Notes: generated from the sequence alone by a model not told the origin. 64,000 nt of DNA from Octopus sinensis (GCF_006345805.1 NC_042998.1:133486001-133550000), one strand, 5' to 3'. Positions 27,042 through 39,703 are shown, counted from the stretch's first letter. Numbers and translations are program-made.

Positions 27042-27757
27042 ATACTATAATCATAAATGATTATATATTGAATTTTGAGATACCAGAAGGCACCAACTCA
27101 ACTCAGTATCAGAGCGAGCTAGAATCCGCAACTGGTATCACCGAATTCAATTTGTGAATGAAACGATTGTGTCAACAGCCCCTTCCCACCCGCGTGTAGC
27201 CAAAACAAGATGCTGTGGTCATCTACTGAGATAAAATATGGTTCAACGTACGTCCGTGGATAACTAAAAAAATGTAATGATAGAGTTGCCGTCAATTCAT
27301 TCTCTCTTACCTGTTTGTGTCGGCCTTCCAAATGCTGTTTTTACTGAGATCTCCCTTTTTCGTAAAGAAAAGACGATAACCCTTTGACTGCTATTTCTAA
27401 AAACAGTTCGGTATGTGTTAGGCAACTCGTTGCTAAAACCTTTTGCCTTAGTTTACTTAAATTTTTTTCCTCGAATGAGGCTTTTACATGCGAGACTACT
27501 TGGTGTAATTGATAATTTTTCCAAATTAATTAATTTCACCGCTTCATTATTACGGATAACCATATTTTCTCAGTAGATGACCAACAGCATCTTGTTTTGG
27601 CCTACCCGCGTGGGAAGGGTGTTGACACAATCTTTTTCATTTCACAAATTGAATTCGTTGATACCAGTTGGCGATTTCTAGCTCGCTCTGATACTGAGTT
27701 GAGTGGCGCCTTCTGTTATCTCAAAATTCAATATATAATCATTTATGATTATAGTAT

Positions 27758-27864
27758 TCTACGCTGAAGAGAAAAGAAGTTTCGGTAAGATAGAATTATT
27801 TAATATTTTATATTTAATTCTTATGCTTTCCTAAAAACTTGATTTCGAAACGTACGTCCGTGGA
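27758..27864 (+). ncRNA. Type I hammerhead ribozyme
   Basis: tctacg-CTGAAGA(27764-70)-long stem II-GAAA(27847-50)-CGTACG-TC-cgtgga. Confidence 0.75.
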
Positions 27865-28354
27865 TAACTAAAAAAATGTATGATAGATTGCAGTCAATTC
27901 ATTCTCTCTTACCTGTTTGTGTCTGCCTTCCAAATGCTGTTTTTACTGAGATCTCCCTTTTTAGTAGAAGAAATAGCTATAACCCTTTGACTGCTATTTC
28001 TAAATTCGGTATGTGGTAAGGCACTCGTTGCTAAACCCTTATGCTTAGTATTACTTAAATTTTCCTCGAATGAGGCTTTTACATGCCGAAGACTACTTGG
28101 TGTAATTGATAATTTTTCCAAATTAATTAATTTCACCCTTCATTATTACGGATAACCATATTTTATCTCAGTAGATGACCACAGCATCTTGTTTTGGCTA
28201 CACCGGGTGGAAGGGGCTGTTGACACATCGTTTCATTCACAAATTGAATTCGGTGATACCAGTTGCGGATTCTAGCTCGCTCTGATACTGATTTGAGTTG
28301 GTGCCTTCTGGTATCTCAAAATTCAATATATAATCATTTATGATTATAGTATTA

Positions 28355-28460
28355 CTACGCTGAAGAGAAAAGAAGTTTCGGTAAGATAGAATTATTTAAT
28401 ATTTAATATTTAATTCTTATGCTTTCCTAAAAACTTGATTTCGAAACGTACGTCCGTGGA
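28355..28460 (+). ncRNA. Type I hammerhead ribozyme
   Basis: ctacg-CTGAAGA(28360-66)...GAAA(28443-46)-CGTACG-TC-cgtgg. Confidence 0.75.
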
Positions 28461-28951
28461 TAACTAAAAAAATGTATGATAGATTGCAGTCAATTCATTC
28501 TCTCTTACCTGTTGTGTCTGCCTTCCAAATGCTGTTTTTACTGAGATCTCCCTTTTTAGTAGAAGAAATAGCTATAACCCTTTGACTGCTATTTCTAAAT
28601 TCGGTATGTGGTAAGGCAACTCGTTGCTAAACCCTTATTGCTTAGTATTACTTAAATTTTCCTCGAATGAGGCTTTTACATGCCGAAGACTACTTGGTGT
28701 AATTGATAATTTTTCCAAATTAATTAATTTCACCTTCATTATTACGGATAACCATATTTTATCTCAGTAGATGACCACAGCATCTTGTTTTGGCTACACG
28801 CGGGTGGGAAGGGGCTGTTGACACAATCGTTTCATTCACAAATTGAATTCGATGATACCAGTTGCGGATTCTAGCTCGCTCTGATACTGAGTTGAGTTGG
28901 TGCCTTCTGGTATCTCAAAATTCAATATATAATCATTTATGATTATAGTAT

Positions 28952-29058
28952 TCTACGCTGAAGAGAAAAGAAGTTTCGGTAAGATAGAATTATTTAATAT
29001 TTAATATTTAATTCTTATGCTTTCCTAAAAACTTGATTTCGAAACGTACGTCCGTGGA
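28952..29058 (+). ncRNA. Type I hammerhead ribozyme
   Basis: tctacg-CTGAAGA(28958-64)-gaaa..aagtt...aactt..tttc-GAAA(29041-44)-CGTACG-TC-cgtgga. Confidence 0.75.
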
Positions 29059-29279
29059 TAACTAAAAAAATGTATGATAGATTGCAGTCAATTCATTCTC
29101 TCTTACCTGTTTGTGTCTGCCTTCCAATGCTGTTTTTACTGAGATCTCCCTTTTTAGTAGAAGAAATAGCTATAACCCTTTGACTGCTATTTCTAAATTC
29201 GGTATGTGGTAAGGCAACTCGTTGCTAAACCCTTATTGCTTAGTATTACTTATATATATATATATATATATATTATATA

Positions 29280-29310
<31 letters not shown>

Positions 29311-29328
29311 CTTGTGTGTGTGTTTGTA

Positions 29329-29721
29329 TACTCATTTATTCGTTTCAGTCATTTGACTGCGGCAATGCTGGAGCACCGCCTTTAATCGAGCAACTCGACC
29401 CCGGGTTTATTCTTTTGTAAGCCCAGTACTTATTTTATCGGTCTCTTTTGCCGAACCGCTAAGTAACGGGGACATAAACACACCAGCATCGGTTATCAAG
29501 CAATGCTAGGGGGACAAATACACACATACACAAGCATATATATATATATACATATATACGACGGGCTTCTTTCAGTTTCCGTCTACCAAATCCACTCACA
29601 AGGCTTTGGTCGGCCCGAGGCTATAGTAGAAGACACTTGCCCAAGGTGTCACGCAGTGGGACTGAACCCGGAACCATGTGGTTGATAAACAAGCTACTTA
29701 CCACACAGCCACTCCTGCGCC
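29329..29721 (-). mobile_element. tRNA-derived SINE, family A (full length)
   Basis: High similarity to 19207-19607. Confidence 0.85.
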
Positions 29722-29752
29722 TGTATATATATATATATATATTATAATATAT

Positions 29753-29804
<52 letters not shown>

Positions 29805-30474
29805 TATATTATAGATATATATATCTTATCCATACAACGTTGCAATTTTTCGATATAAAAGATGTCTTAACACGAAGTACTTAATATTAATGCTACCATA
29901 TTGTAAACTAAGGACTTTTTAAGGAATGTTTAGATATATAGCTGTTTTGGAATTACATTTTTCAACTTACTGGGGCACACTATACTCTATATAATTTGTG
30001 ATGAGGTATGTATGTATCTAAAACATGCAGTATTGTATATATTATTGGCTATAATTATAATATGTGTCAGCCCATTCCCCTAGGAAGTATAGCACTTTGA
30101 AGTCTTAATCATTAGCAAATATTTATGTGAGAGACTATGTAAGTGCAGTTTTCGTTTACTTATTTTTTCAGTTACCATAATTTTCGTCTCTGAGGTTTAT
30201 AAAAAAACAATAATTTGTTTCGTTTTTTCCTGCGAGACTTACGCTATTCATTTAAGTAATGACAACGCATTTAAATATCTCATTCAATAGACATTTGATC
30301 CAATGTCTATTGATACAAAGCGTGTTATTCTTGAACACACACACACACATACATATACATAAATATATATATATATAAACACTTATATATGCATTTACAT
30401 ATGTATTGCTTTTATATATATGTATGTATGTATGTATGTATATATATATATATATATGTATATATTATATATAT

Positions 30475-30533
<59 letters not shown>

Positions 30534-30836
30534 ATACACTCACACACACACATTAAATACCAGTTGCGTACTAGGGTCGATCTAATCGACTGGCCCCTCC
30601 CCAAACATTTCGGGTCTTATGCCTAGAGTAGAAAAGAATATGTCCTATAATTGCATTCTAGTGAAGATGGAAGGGTGTTTCTTCTAATTGGTTCTGATCG
30701 CGTGTGGAATACGATATTACTGATATATATCCTCGGCCTGGTGATTAACTTGTTCGTTGAGTAACGATTACATCAGCGAATCAGCTAGCTAAGAAACATG
30801 TGTAGTCCGGATTTTACCCGTCCTACTCTTTCAGTT

Positions 30837-30884
<48 letters not shown>

Positions 30885-31121
30885 TATATGGGGTTTTTCT
30901 TTGTGTTAATTGTCCTGTATTCTATTTTTTGCTGTTTTTTTTTGCTGTTTTTAAATAAATGTCCAGTTCCTTTGGTTTGTGTCTATGTTTTCGTTTCTCA
31001 TTGTGTTCGACGTCCTTTTGGTGTCCTGTACTCATATATGCGTGTATATGTACATGTAGAGGTAGGTATGTACATATATGTTTATATATATGCATATGTT
31101 TAATTTTATTTATTAATATAT

Positions 31122-31178
<57 letters not shown>

Positions 31179-31184
31179 CCATTC

Positions 31185-32478
31185 TGGCATATTCATGTCA
31201 TTGAGGAATCATGGCTTGTTCCTCCTCCATTTATTTCTGTATCTCGCAACATCACCCAGCTCTTTCTCGCTCTGCGCTTTCATTCTCTTCGTCATCCAGT
31301 CAAACATCTTCATTCTATGCCTTCCTCTCGTTCTCCTTCACACCAGCTCAGTCTTCACCATATAACGCTCTATTCCGTCATCCACTCTGAGAAAACGACC
31401 AACAAATCTCCACTGTCTCTCTCTGTGATAGTATCCATCAACTGTATCTTCACTTTCATCTTCTTCAACACTTCTACATTCGTCACCCTCTATATCCACG
31501 ATATTCTAAGTATTTTTCTTTAAAACAACATTGCTGCAGCTTTGAGTCTGGCTTTTCTTATCGTCCAAGACGCACATCCATACTTTAGCACCGACCAGAT
31601 GTAGCACTTCAATAGTCTTTTCTTGACTTCCATTCCAATTCTATTTGCACAAAAAATGTTCCACGTATGCATTAAAAATCTTCTCTGCTAATCTAATTCT
31701 GCCCTTAATGTCCTTATCTGACCTTCCATCTGATATTATCCAACTTCCCAGATATCCGAAACTGTTCTGCTCTATCCCAGTTCCATTCACCGTCAAGCAA
31801 CATGCAGGTACCTGTGCTTTCTTGATACAGACCTCTGAGTAGGTTTTCTGGCAGTTTATCGTCAATCCAAGCTTTCCACTCTCTTCAGTCACGATATTAA
31901 TCAATCTCTGAAGCTTCTCTTCTGTGTCCACGAACAAAGCCGTGTCGTCTGTGCACCTCAGATTGTTATAATTCCTTTCTCCCAGTTGTAATTCTGCAAT
32001 TGTCTTGATCTTGCTTAGAGCTTTCTCACTATACAGGTTGGATAAATAAGGCAACAAAATACAATCTTGCCGGACACCTTTTTGAATGTCGATCAAGTCG
32101 CCCAATTCTCCATGCACTCTGATAGCTTCTTTCTGGTTTCTGGTTTCTGGTTCCAATACAAATTTCGAATCATTCTTAGATCTTTCCCATCAATCTCGAG
32201 TTCTTTCAACATTCTCAGCAACTCTTCATACTTGACACAGTCAAACGCCTTCAGTCAATAAAACAGATGCACAAGTCTTTTTGTTGCTCTATACACTTTT
32301 TCCACCAAAGTCCTCAAGTACATAATTGCATTTCTCGTTCCCTTTCCCGCCCGATAGCCGAACTGTTCATCTGATAGGTTTCCCCAAATAGTAGCTTTCA
32401 CTCGATTCAACTCCACTCTCAAACTAATCTTTGTGTACATGACTCATTAGGGTTATCGTACTGTGATTTTTGCGACAC
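31185..32478 (-). mobile_element. RTE-clade LINE, 5'-truncated and degenerate
   Basis: EQFGYRAGKGTRNAI, QKGVRQDCILLPYL.NLYSE, NNLRCTDDTAL (YADD region) and FGYLGSWI.SDGRSDKDIKGRI, followed by the LKCYIWSVLKYGC and RKILRISW motifs. Confidence 0.9.
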
Positions 32479-32559
32479 AGTGAGACAGGACCCGAGCCAT
32501 TGTTTAGGAAGCGAAGTTTCTACCACACAGCAATATATATATAATATATATATATATAT

Positions 32560-32621
<62 letters not shown>

Positions 32622-33348
32622 GTGTGTGTGTTTGCGCGTGTGTTTGTATTTATGTGTATGTATGTATATGAATTTCAAGGCATTGGTTGCTGGTTCCCTG
32701 AAAAGACTACCTTATCCCTGGCTGGTTATCATGTGTTCAATTGCAGTGTAATCAATCCCTGTAAGTAGCGAGATTATTTCCCTTCTGCGTATCATTGTCG
32801 TTGGCTACCACCGCACAGTTAGAAATCACACCTCACAGCTATGCACGACACGCATATTAAATATAGCAACCCTATTATTTGATGGTAATTTATTTTAATG
32901 GCATATGAAGAATGGACAGTAGAACTGACTTGGCGGAATTTTAACCGAGAGCATAGAGACGTATATTAATACCGCAAGGTATTTCGTCTAGCACTAGCTG
33001 TTATATTACCAAACCAGTGACTCACTTGGATAAGGGACTTTTGTTTTATTCCCATCTCATACAACATGTCTGTTTTTCAACGTAGCATGATTTGACTGCA
33101 ACATTTTCATTTAAAAAGGGGCATTGGGGAGAATTACAGTTAACTTCGCTGAATGAGCAGAAAATCTAAGATCTCTATAAGTGAAAATATAATTTAAATT
33201 TTATAGCAGCATATATATTTCACCTTGTGCTGTATTGAACACTTGATGTGGTTTTTAGAGACAGTTTTGACTGCTATTTCAAGCATGGTGGTATCTCTTA
33301 GATATTCTTATTTATAATTTTAATATATATATAATTTAAATATATATA

Positions 33349-33405
<57 letters not shown>

Positions 33406-33438
33406 ATATATATATATATATTATATATATAATATATA

Positions 33439-33492
<54 letters not shown>

Positions 33493-33502
33493 CATATATA
33501 TA

Positions 33503-34053
33503 CGCGCAAAACGCCCCCCGTCCAATGGACAGTGCTGAATCATATCTGCTGAATAAAAAGCAACCAGTGTTTTCTTTTCATTAAAAAATAATTAAGTATG
33601 CCTTTATTTCAATAAAATTTTTGGTTTTGTTAAACAAGGTTAAGGCAAAAAAAAAACTTCTTGAGAAACCAAATAGTCTTTCTTTCCTTCATGCCAAGTT
33701 TGAAGAAAATATCTGTTTTGCATTTTACTTTTTTCCTCTCTTAAATATACTGCATTTTGTGGCATTATTTCAACCCAGCCGGCTTTTTTTGCGCAAACTG
33801 CACGTGCATTTTTCTTGCGAACGCGTAGTATCGATCGCAACAGCTGATATACTTGCGCGTACAAATGCACGTTCCCACGACTTTATCGATCGCATTCTCA
33901 CTTGGAATCGATTTTTGTAATTTTTTCAAGACTTATACACGCCCTGATACCGTCGGTATCTACATATCAAATTTGAGCGCAATCGGATGGAGGATGCCTG
34001 AGATCCAGGAACACACACACACAGACAAACAGAACGGATTTTATATAATGGAT
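33503..34053 (+). mobile_element. Helitron/Helentron-like non-autonomous element (DINE/HINE-type 3' end)
   Basis: 3' end tcaaatttgagcgcaatcggatg...acacacagacaaacagaacggattttatataatggat resembles HINE termini. Confidence 0.5.
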
Positions 34054-34351
34054 ATATATTAGAATTATAAATAATAATTAACTAAGAGATACCACCATGC
34101 TTGAAATAGCAATCAAAACCTGACTCTAAAAACTACATAAAGTGTTCAATACAGCGCAAGGTGAAAAGACAAATAGATATATAAACAAGTGAAAATTGGC
34201 TAATTCTAGACCCTGGTTTTCTGACTCTGTAGAAAAATACTTAGCCTTTGTCAATGAAATATACTAAGAATTGTACATAAATACGTACATACATACATAC
34301 ATACATACATACATACATACATACATACATACTACATACATACATACATGC

Positions 34352-34399
<48 letters not shown>

Positions 34400-34404
<5 letters not shown>

Positions 34405-34680
34405 GAGGCTCCGGCAGGGGGTCGTGACGAAACCTACTGTACTCTTTCACCACAACTTTCTCTCACGTTTTCTTCCTGTTTCTGCTGTACCTGAATTTCA
34501 AAGGGCCAGCCTTTTCACACTCTGTGTCACGCTGAATCTCCACAAGAACTACGTTAAGGGTACACATGGAGTGCTCAGCCGCTTGCACGTTAATTTCACG
34601 AGCAGGCTGTTCCGTTGATGGGATCAACGGGAACCCTCGTTGTCGTAACCGTCGGTGTGCGACGATATTCACTGCGGTGG
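34400..34680 (-). mobile_element. SINE 3' fragment
   Basis: GC-richer segment (ttcctgtttctgctgtacctgaatttcaaagggccagcc) resembling the 3' domain of the CORE-like SINEs. Confidence 0.45.
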
Positions 34681-34996
34681 TATGTATGTATGTATTTATG
34701 TACAATTCTTGATATATTTCATTGATAAAGGCTAAGTATTTTTATACAGAGTCAGAAACCCGGGGTCTGGAATTATCCAATTTTCACTAGTTTATTTATC
34801 TATTTGTCTATTCACCTTGTGCTGTATTGAACACTTGATGTAGTTTTTAGAGTCAGGTTTTGACTGCTATTTCAAGCATGGTGGTATCTCTTAGATACTC
34901 TTATTTATAATTTTAACAATGATCATAACCCATAAGGTTTTTCTTCCCTTGCTGCCACTTGATTTCATCGGTATTTGAAATATGAGTTTCGAATTT

Positions 34997-35198
34997 TGGC
35001 ACAAGACCAGCAAGTTTGGGGGAGAGGATAAGTCGATACGCCGATTCCAGTGTTCAACTGGTACATACTTTATTGTATCCTGAAAAGATGAGAGGCAAAG
35101 TCAATCTCGCGGCATTTGAACTCAGAACGTAAAAACGGAGGAAATGATGCTAATCGCTTTTGACGGTGCGCTAACGATTTACCAGCTTGCTGCCTTAA
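34997..35198 (-). mobile_element. Degenerate family-B SINE
   Basis: The reverse complement aligns to 35451-35600 (ttaaggcagcaagctggtaaatcgttagc...gagttcaaatgccg). Confidence 0.7.
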
Positions 35199-35450
35199 AC
35201 GAAAAAAAAAATATTGGCAGTTATTTATATCAGAGAAATCATATTAATTTTTATTACATATTAATAAAGGTTGCAAATATGCAGTTGGTTTGCCATAGGC
35301 TCTCTTTTGTTAGGTTTCACATTCCATATGATGTTCGTATTTCATATAATTTGCAAATATATTCTGTATACCAAAGCAAAGAGTCACCAGTTTCCTCTTC
35401 GAAACATGGTTTTGTTGAAAAATATGTGTTGGGGTTATAAGGCGGTTATA

Positions 35451-35682
35451 AGGCGGCGAGCTGGCAGAAACGTTAGCACGCGGGGCGAAATGCGTAGCCG
35501 TATTTCGTGTACCGTTACGTTCCGAGTTCAAATTCCGCCGAGGTCGACTTTGCCTTTCATCCTTTCGGGGTCGATAAATTAAGTACCAGTTATGCACTGG
35601 AGTCGATGTAATCGACTTAATCCCTTTGTCTCTCCTTGTTTGTCCTCTCTGTGTTTAGGCCCTTGTGGGTAGGAAAGAAATA
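35451..35682 (+). mobile_element. tRNA-derived SINE, family B
   Basis: aggcggcgagctggcagaaacgttagcacg...ccgagttcaaattccgccgaggtcgactttgcc...gggtaggaaagaaata. Confidence 0.85.
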
Positions 35683-36530
35683 TATAGCCCTGCCACATTT
35701 TCAACAGATTGATATATATATTCATTTATTGTAAATGTTATGTACACTTTTATATAACATTTATATACAGAAATATTTACCATATCCAGCTGTTTGGTGT
35801 GTTGAAGAATTCTGGTGACGTTCAAGTTAATGATGTCAACATTCTTTACTTTAAAAAGAAGTACGGTGCTCCATGTTCGTGATGTCCTACGGAACCTTAT
35901 CGAAAGATCTCTTGGATTGTTCAATGACAAATTTAGATAACATCAGAAATTTGTTGATGCAAATAGGATAGTTTATGAGAAACAATGATTGTTTCTTCTT
36001 CACTTGTCCGATGAGCTGATTCTGAAGGCACTTCTCTGTTATACTCTGTCGATGCAGAGTATAACAAAAGTACAAACCCAGAACGTAAAATCGGAAGAAA
36101 TATCAAAGGATTATTATGTCAGGTGACATAATAACGAAAACTTTTGACAATTACATAAGAAATTGAGCAGTCTCCACATCCTGAAAAAATGCTTAATATT
36201 TGCCATATCAAAGAAGTACAATGATACTTTTTAGTTGAAAACTACAAAGAAAATTATTAAAAATTTATTGTTTTATATTAAATCGTGCAATACATAATTT
36301 AACATTATAACGGCTCTAGTAGTTTACTGGTAATTCTAATATCGATCTGAGAAAAGTCAAAACTTAAGTCGGTCGATCATAGCCTCATTTAATCTCTGAT
36401 CAGATGTACGTTTATATAGTCCTGATGAGTCGCCTATATTGACAAGTACAATAGTAGACGTGAAACCAATGGTAACTTTCTGACTGGTTATATGCTATAA
36501 CTAAAGATTTTACTGGACTACATATGATAT

Positions 36531-36566
<36 letters not shown>

Positions 36567-36567
<1 letters not shown>

Positions 36568-36982
36568 GTAACTCTGTGGTGGGAAGTTTGCTTCCCAACC
36601 TCATGGTTCTGGAGTCCGTCCCACTGCGTAAGTGTCTACCGGATTTAGTCCCCTAGGGTAAGTATATTCTACAATATCCTCGGGCCGGCCAAAACCATGT
36701 GCGTGGATTAAATAGATTAAATAGATTAAATAGACGGAAACTGAAAGAGGCCTGTAGTATATATGTGTATGTACGTCTGTGTGTCTGTGTTTGTCCCCAC
36801 CAACGTTTAACAAACGGTTGTGATATGTTTATGTCCTTATAAGTTAGCGGTCCAACAAAAGAGGCCGATAGAAAAGCTTCCAGGCTTAAAACATAAGTCC
36901 TGGGGTCGACTCGTTTCTACTAAAATTTCTCAAGGTGGTTCCCCAGCATGGTTGCAGTCTAATGACTGAAATAAGTAAAGAA
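36567..36982 (+). mobile_element. Diverged family-A SINE
   Basis: Collinear with the reverse complement of 19207-19607. Confidence 0.75.
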
Positions 36983-38029
36983 TGCATACATAGATACACA
37001 TACATACAGATGTTTGCGCGCACGTGTGTATGTATGCATGTATATATGTACGAATAGGTTCGTACATAAGTGAGTGTTTCCGTGCATATAAAGTCATGCG
37101 TACATATAAAAGTGTATAATAAATCCACCTTAGGTTGCACATGCATATTAACATTTACACGCAGATATATGAACAACTATCTATATATTTATCAAATCAC
37201 AGAAATAACGATTATACGGACACTTCATGCTCGTTTATACGGATACTTCAGAGATATATTTTATACGGATACTTCAGAAATAGCACCCAAGATATCTCTC
37301 AAATTACTCATTCGTTCTTAGAAAAGACGATTTGTATTAATGATATCCCAGATTCATTGCACTGAAAAACAGACGGAATGCTTTTCTATGGTTGTATCTC
37401 CGCTCGATCAGGCCTCACATGAGACTTAACAACAACAATGTCAATCTGCACAGTCACTCATATACAAACTAATGCATTACGAATAAGCAAATAAATCTCG
37501 GAATGTATTTGTAGACACTAATATGCCAATATAACATCATAAGCTCAAGAATTTGTTCTTTTCATGTCAACACTTGCCAAAACAAAGACGTATACATATA
37601 TGTTCACACACATCAATAAAATGGGGTTTTGTAAATTTGCTTCTTCGGCGTGGCCTCTCTATCTCTTTCATTCTTTCGTTCTTTCTTTCTTTGTAGTATT
37701 GCTCAGCCTACACGATTATATTTTAACTTCTCTGAGTATTTGTTGCGAGTTATGATGAATCAGCTTACATGAATACACACACCCATATCTACTCTTTTAC
37801 TCCCCAGAAGTCTCACACGTATAGGAAAGAACGTCTGTGTATCCATACGTCTATGTGCGTGTATGTGTGAGGGTGGCGTGCGTGCTCGTGTGTGTGTGTG
37901 TGAGCGTTTATAAATGACTCAAAAATGTAGTCAATGCATGGTGTATCATTCTCTCCATTGTGAATCAACACACACAAGCTTGTAAACAAAAACACATGTA
38001 CGCGTGATCATGTGTTTATACATACATGT

Positions 38030-38257
38030 TTGTGTTAGGCTGTTTCACTCTCAATTGCTAGATTGTAGGTTCGATTCCTGGACTGGGCGGCGCGTTGTGT
38101 TCTTGAACAAAACACAAACACTTTATTCCACATTGCCCCAGTCCACCTTCGATCAGGGTGGTGATTGTTCGCCTGGTCGCCTAGCCAGCGGGGTGGCGTC
38201 ATTTGAATGCAAAAGCGATTTGTAACAACATCTGATAGCCTGGTCGGTTACGTGATA
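38030..38257 (+). mobile_element. Degenerate tRNA/CORE-like SINE
   Basis: B box gtaggttcgattcctggac followed by ttcttgaacaaaacac...ttgccccagtccac. Confidence 0.6.
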
Positions 38258-38341
38258 TATACATATGTATGTATGTATGCATATAGTATATATATATATA
38301 TAAAACATATATATATATATATATATATATATAGATATATG

Positions 38342-38445
<104 letters not shown>

Positions 38446-38484
38446 ATATTATATATATATATTATATATATATATATATATTAA

Positions 38485-38802
38485 GGTATGTAGAAAAATA
38501 CAACATGGATAAGAACGTATAACTCTTAGAAGACGATACAATAAACACGGACAGGACATTCGAAACCCTCAGTCTTCAGTCAAGAACCGGATCATCGTAG
38601 TAATTTCGGCTGATTAATCTTGAGATTACTAGATCCGGCCAGCCCTCCAAGAAAAACTAAGCAACGAGCATTAGAAAAACTAAGCTGGAAGCGTAGATTT
38701 CCTGGAAGAAGGATCGAATGCATACGAACACCGAGACAGCAAAAAGGACGAATATAAAAGGCAAAAAACAATAATGGAATACAGAAACATGAAATACAGA
38801 AG

Positions 38803-38879
<77 letters not shown>

Positions 38880-38990
38880 TAAATTTTTAATGTACTCAGT
38901 ATACATTTGCGAGCTACAAATAATTTTATGGATGCGATGTAGTCTACTCACAAATTTAGTAACATGTCTTATGTCTTCAAGCAATCTCTA
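38485..38990. repeat. Interspersed repeat (possibly PLE-derived) abutting (TA)n
   Basis: Non-coding block starting exactly at the end of a (TA)n run, with an internal (TAGA)n. Confidence 0.4.
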
Positions 38991-39703
38991 CGTATGAACA
39001 AATGGCATATACGCTTTACAAATCGGTGCGCTAAAACAAGAGAAATCGCAAGAAAAAAATAAAGTGGATACAAAAAAACGGAAAAAGAAAATCAATAAGG
39101 AAATAGGAAATTAGAGTTACCTCCCCTTTGGCCATAACTCTATAATAAAGCTAGTTGTTTTGGGATGAATCAACGGAGAAGAGTACAAAGTGTCCGATAC
39201 GGCTGCTTAATCCGGAAAGGCTAGTCTTCTCTAATTCGCCAAAAGAAATTTGCCCATACGCTTGCATGTGCTGAAAATTTATCATCTGCAATTCAGCAGT
39301 GCGATGGCATTCTAAGATCTAAAAAGGATATACGATCATTCAGCTAAGTATAAGTTGCGTTTCTTACATTCATTAGCATATGACATGCTTTTTGGGGGAG
39401 TTTTTTTATGGTTTTCCACTTCTTTGTATGTAGCATGGAGTCGGTCCTCAAACGCTATACACGAGTAACCAACTTAAAGGTTTTACTTTTGTCGATGTGC
39501 CAGCAAGAAGATATTATTTATATATACATATATATGGGATATAAGAAAAGGTAGAAAATGCGGTAATAATTTTATCATGAAGAAGATTTTAGTACCGGTT
39601 TCAGCCTTTGCAACTTTTTCAACTTAGAGCAAAGCCTGAAAAACAATTAAATTGTGGTAAAAATTAAATGAAATGTTTCCCAATACAAGGGCCATTTTCG
39701 GTT

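Larger units (their letters stand above)
26644..29252. mobile_element. Hammerhead-bearing ~598-bp tandem repeat element (retrozyme/pLTR-like): one inverted unit plus ~3.3 direct units, flanked by (TA)n
   Basis: Unit 26644-27243 is the reverse complement of the units in 27245-29252. Cleavage-triplet positions are 27254, 27858, 28454 and 29052 (period 604/596/598). Confidence 0.8.
33219..34916. repeat. Three copies of one repeat in alternating orientation (33219-33323 +, 34059-34295 -, 34681-34916 +)
   Basis: Shared caccttgtgctgtattgaacacttgatg...gactgctatttcaagcatggtggtatctcttag and its reverse complement. Confidence 0.8.

Noticed and set aside
38550-38640. Two partial hammerhead-like strings on the minus strand (CTGAAGA...GAATGTC; CTCAAGA...GAAA)
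   Set aside because: Stem II and stem III cannot be formed in either.
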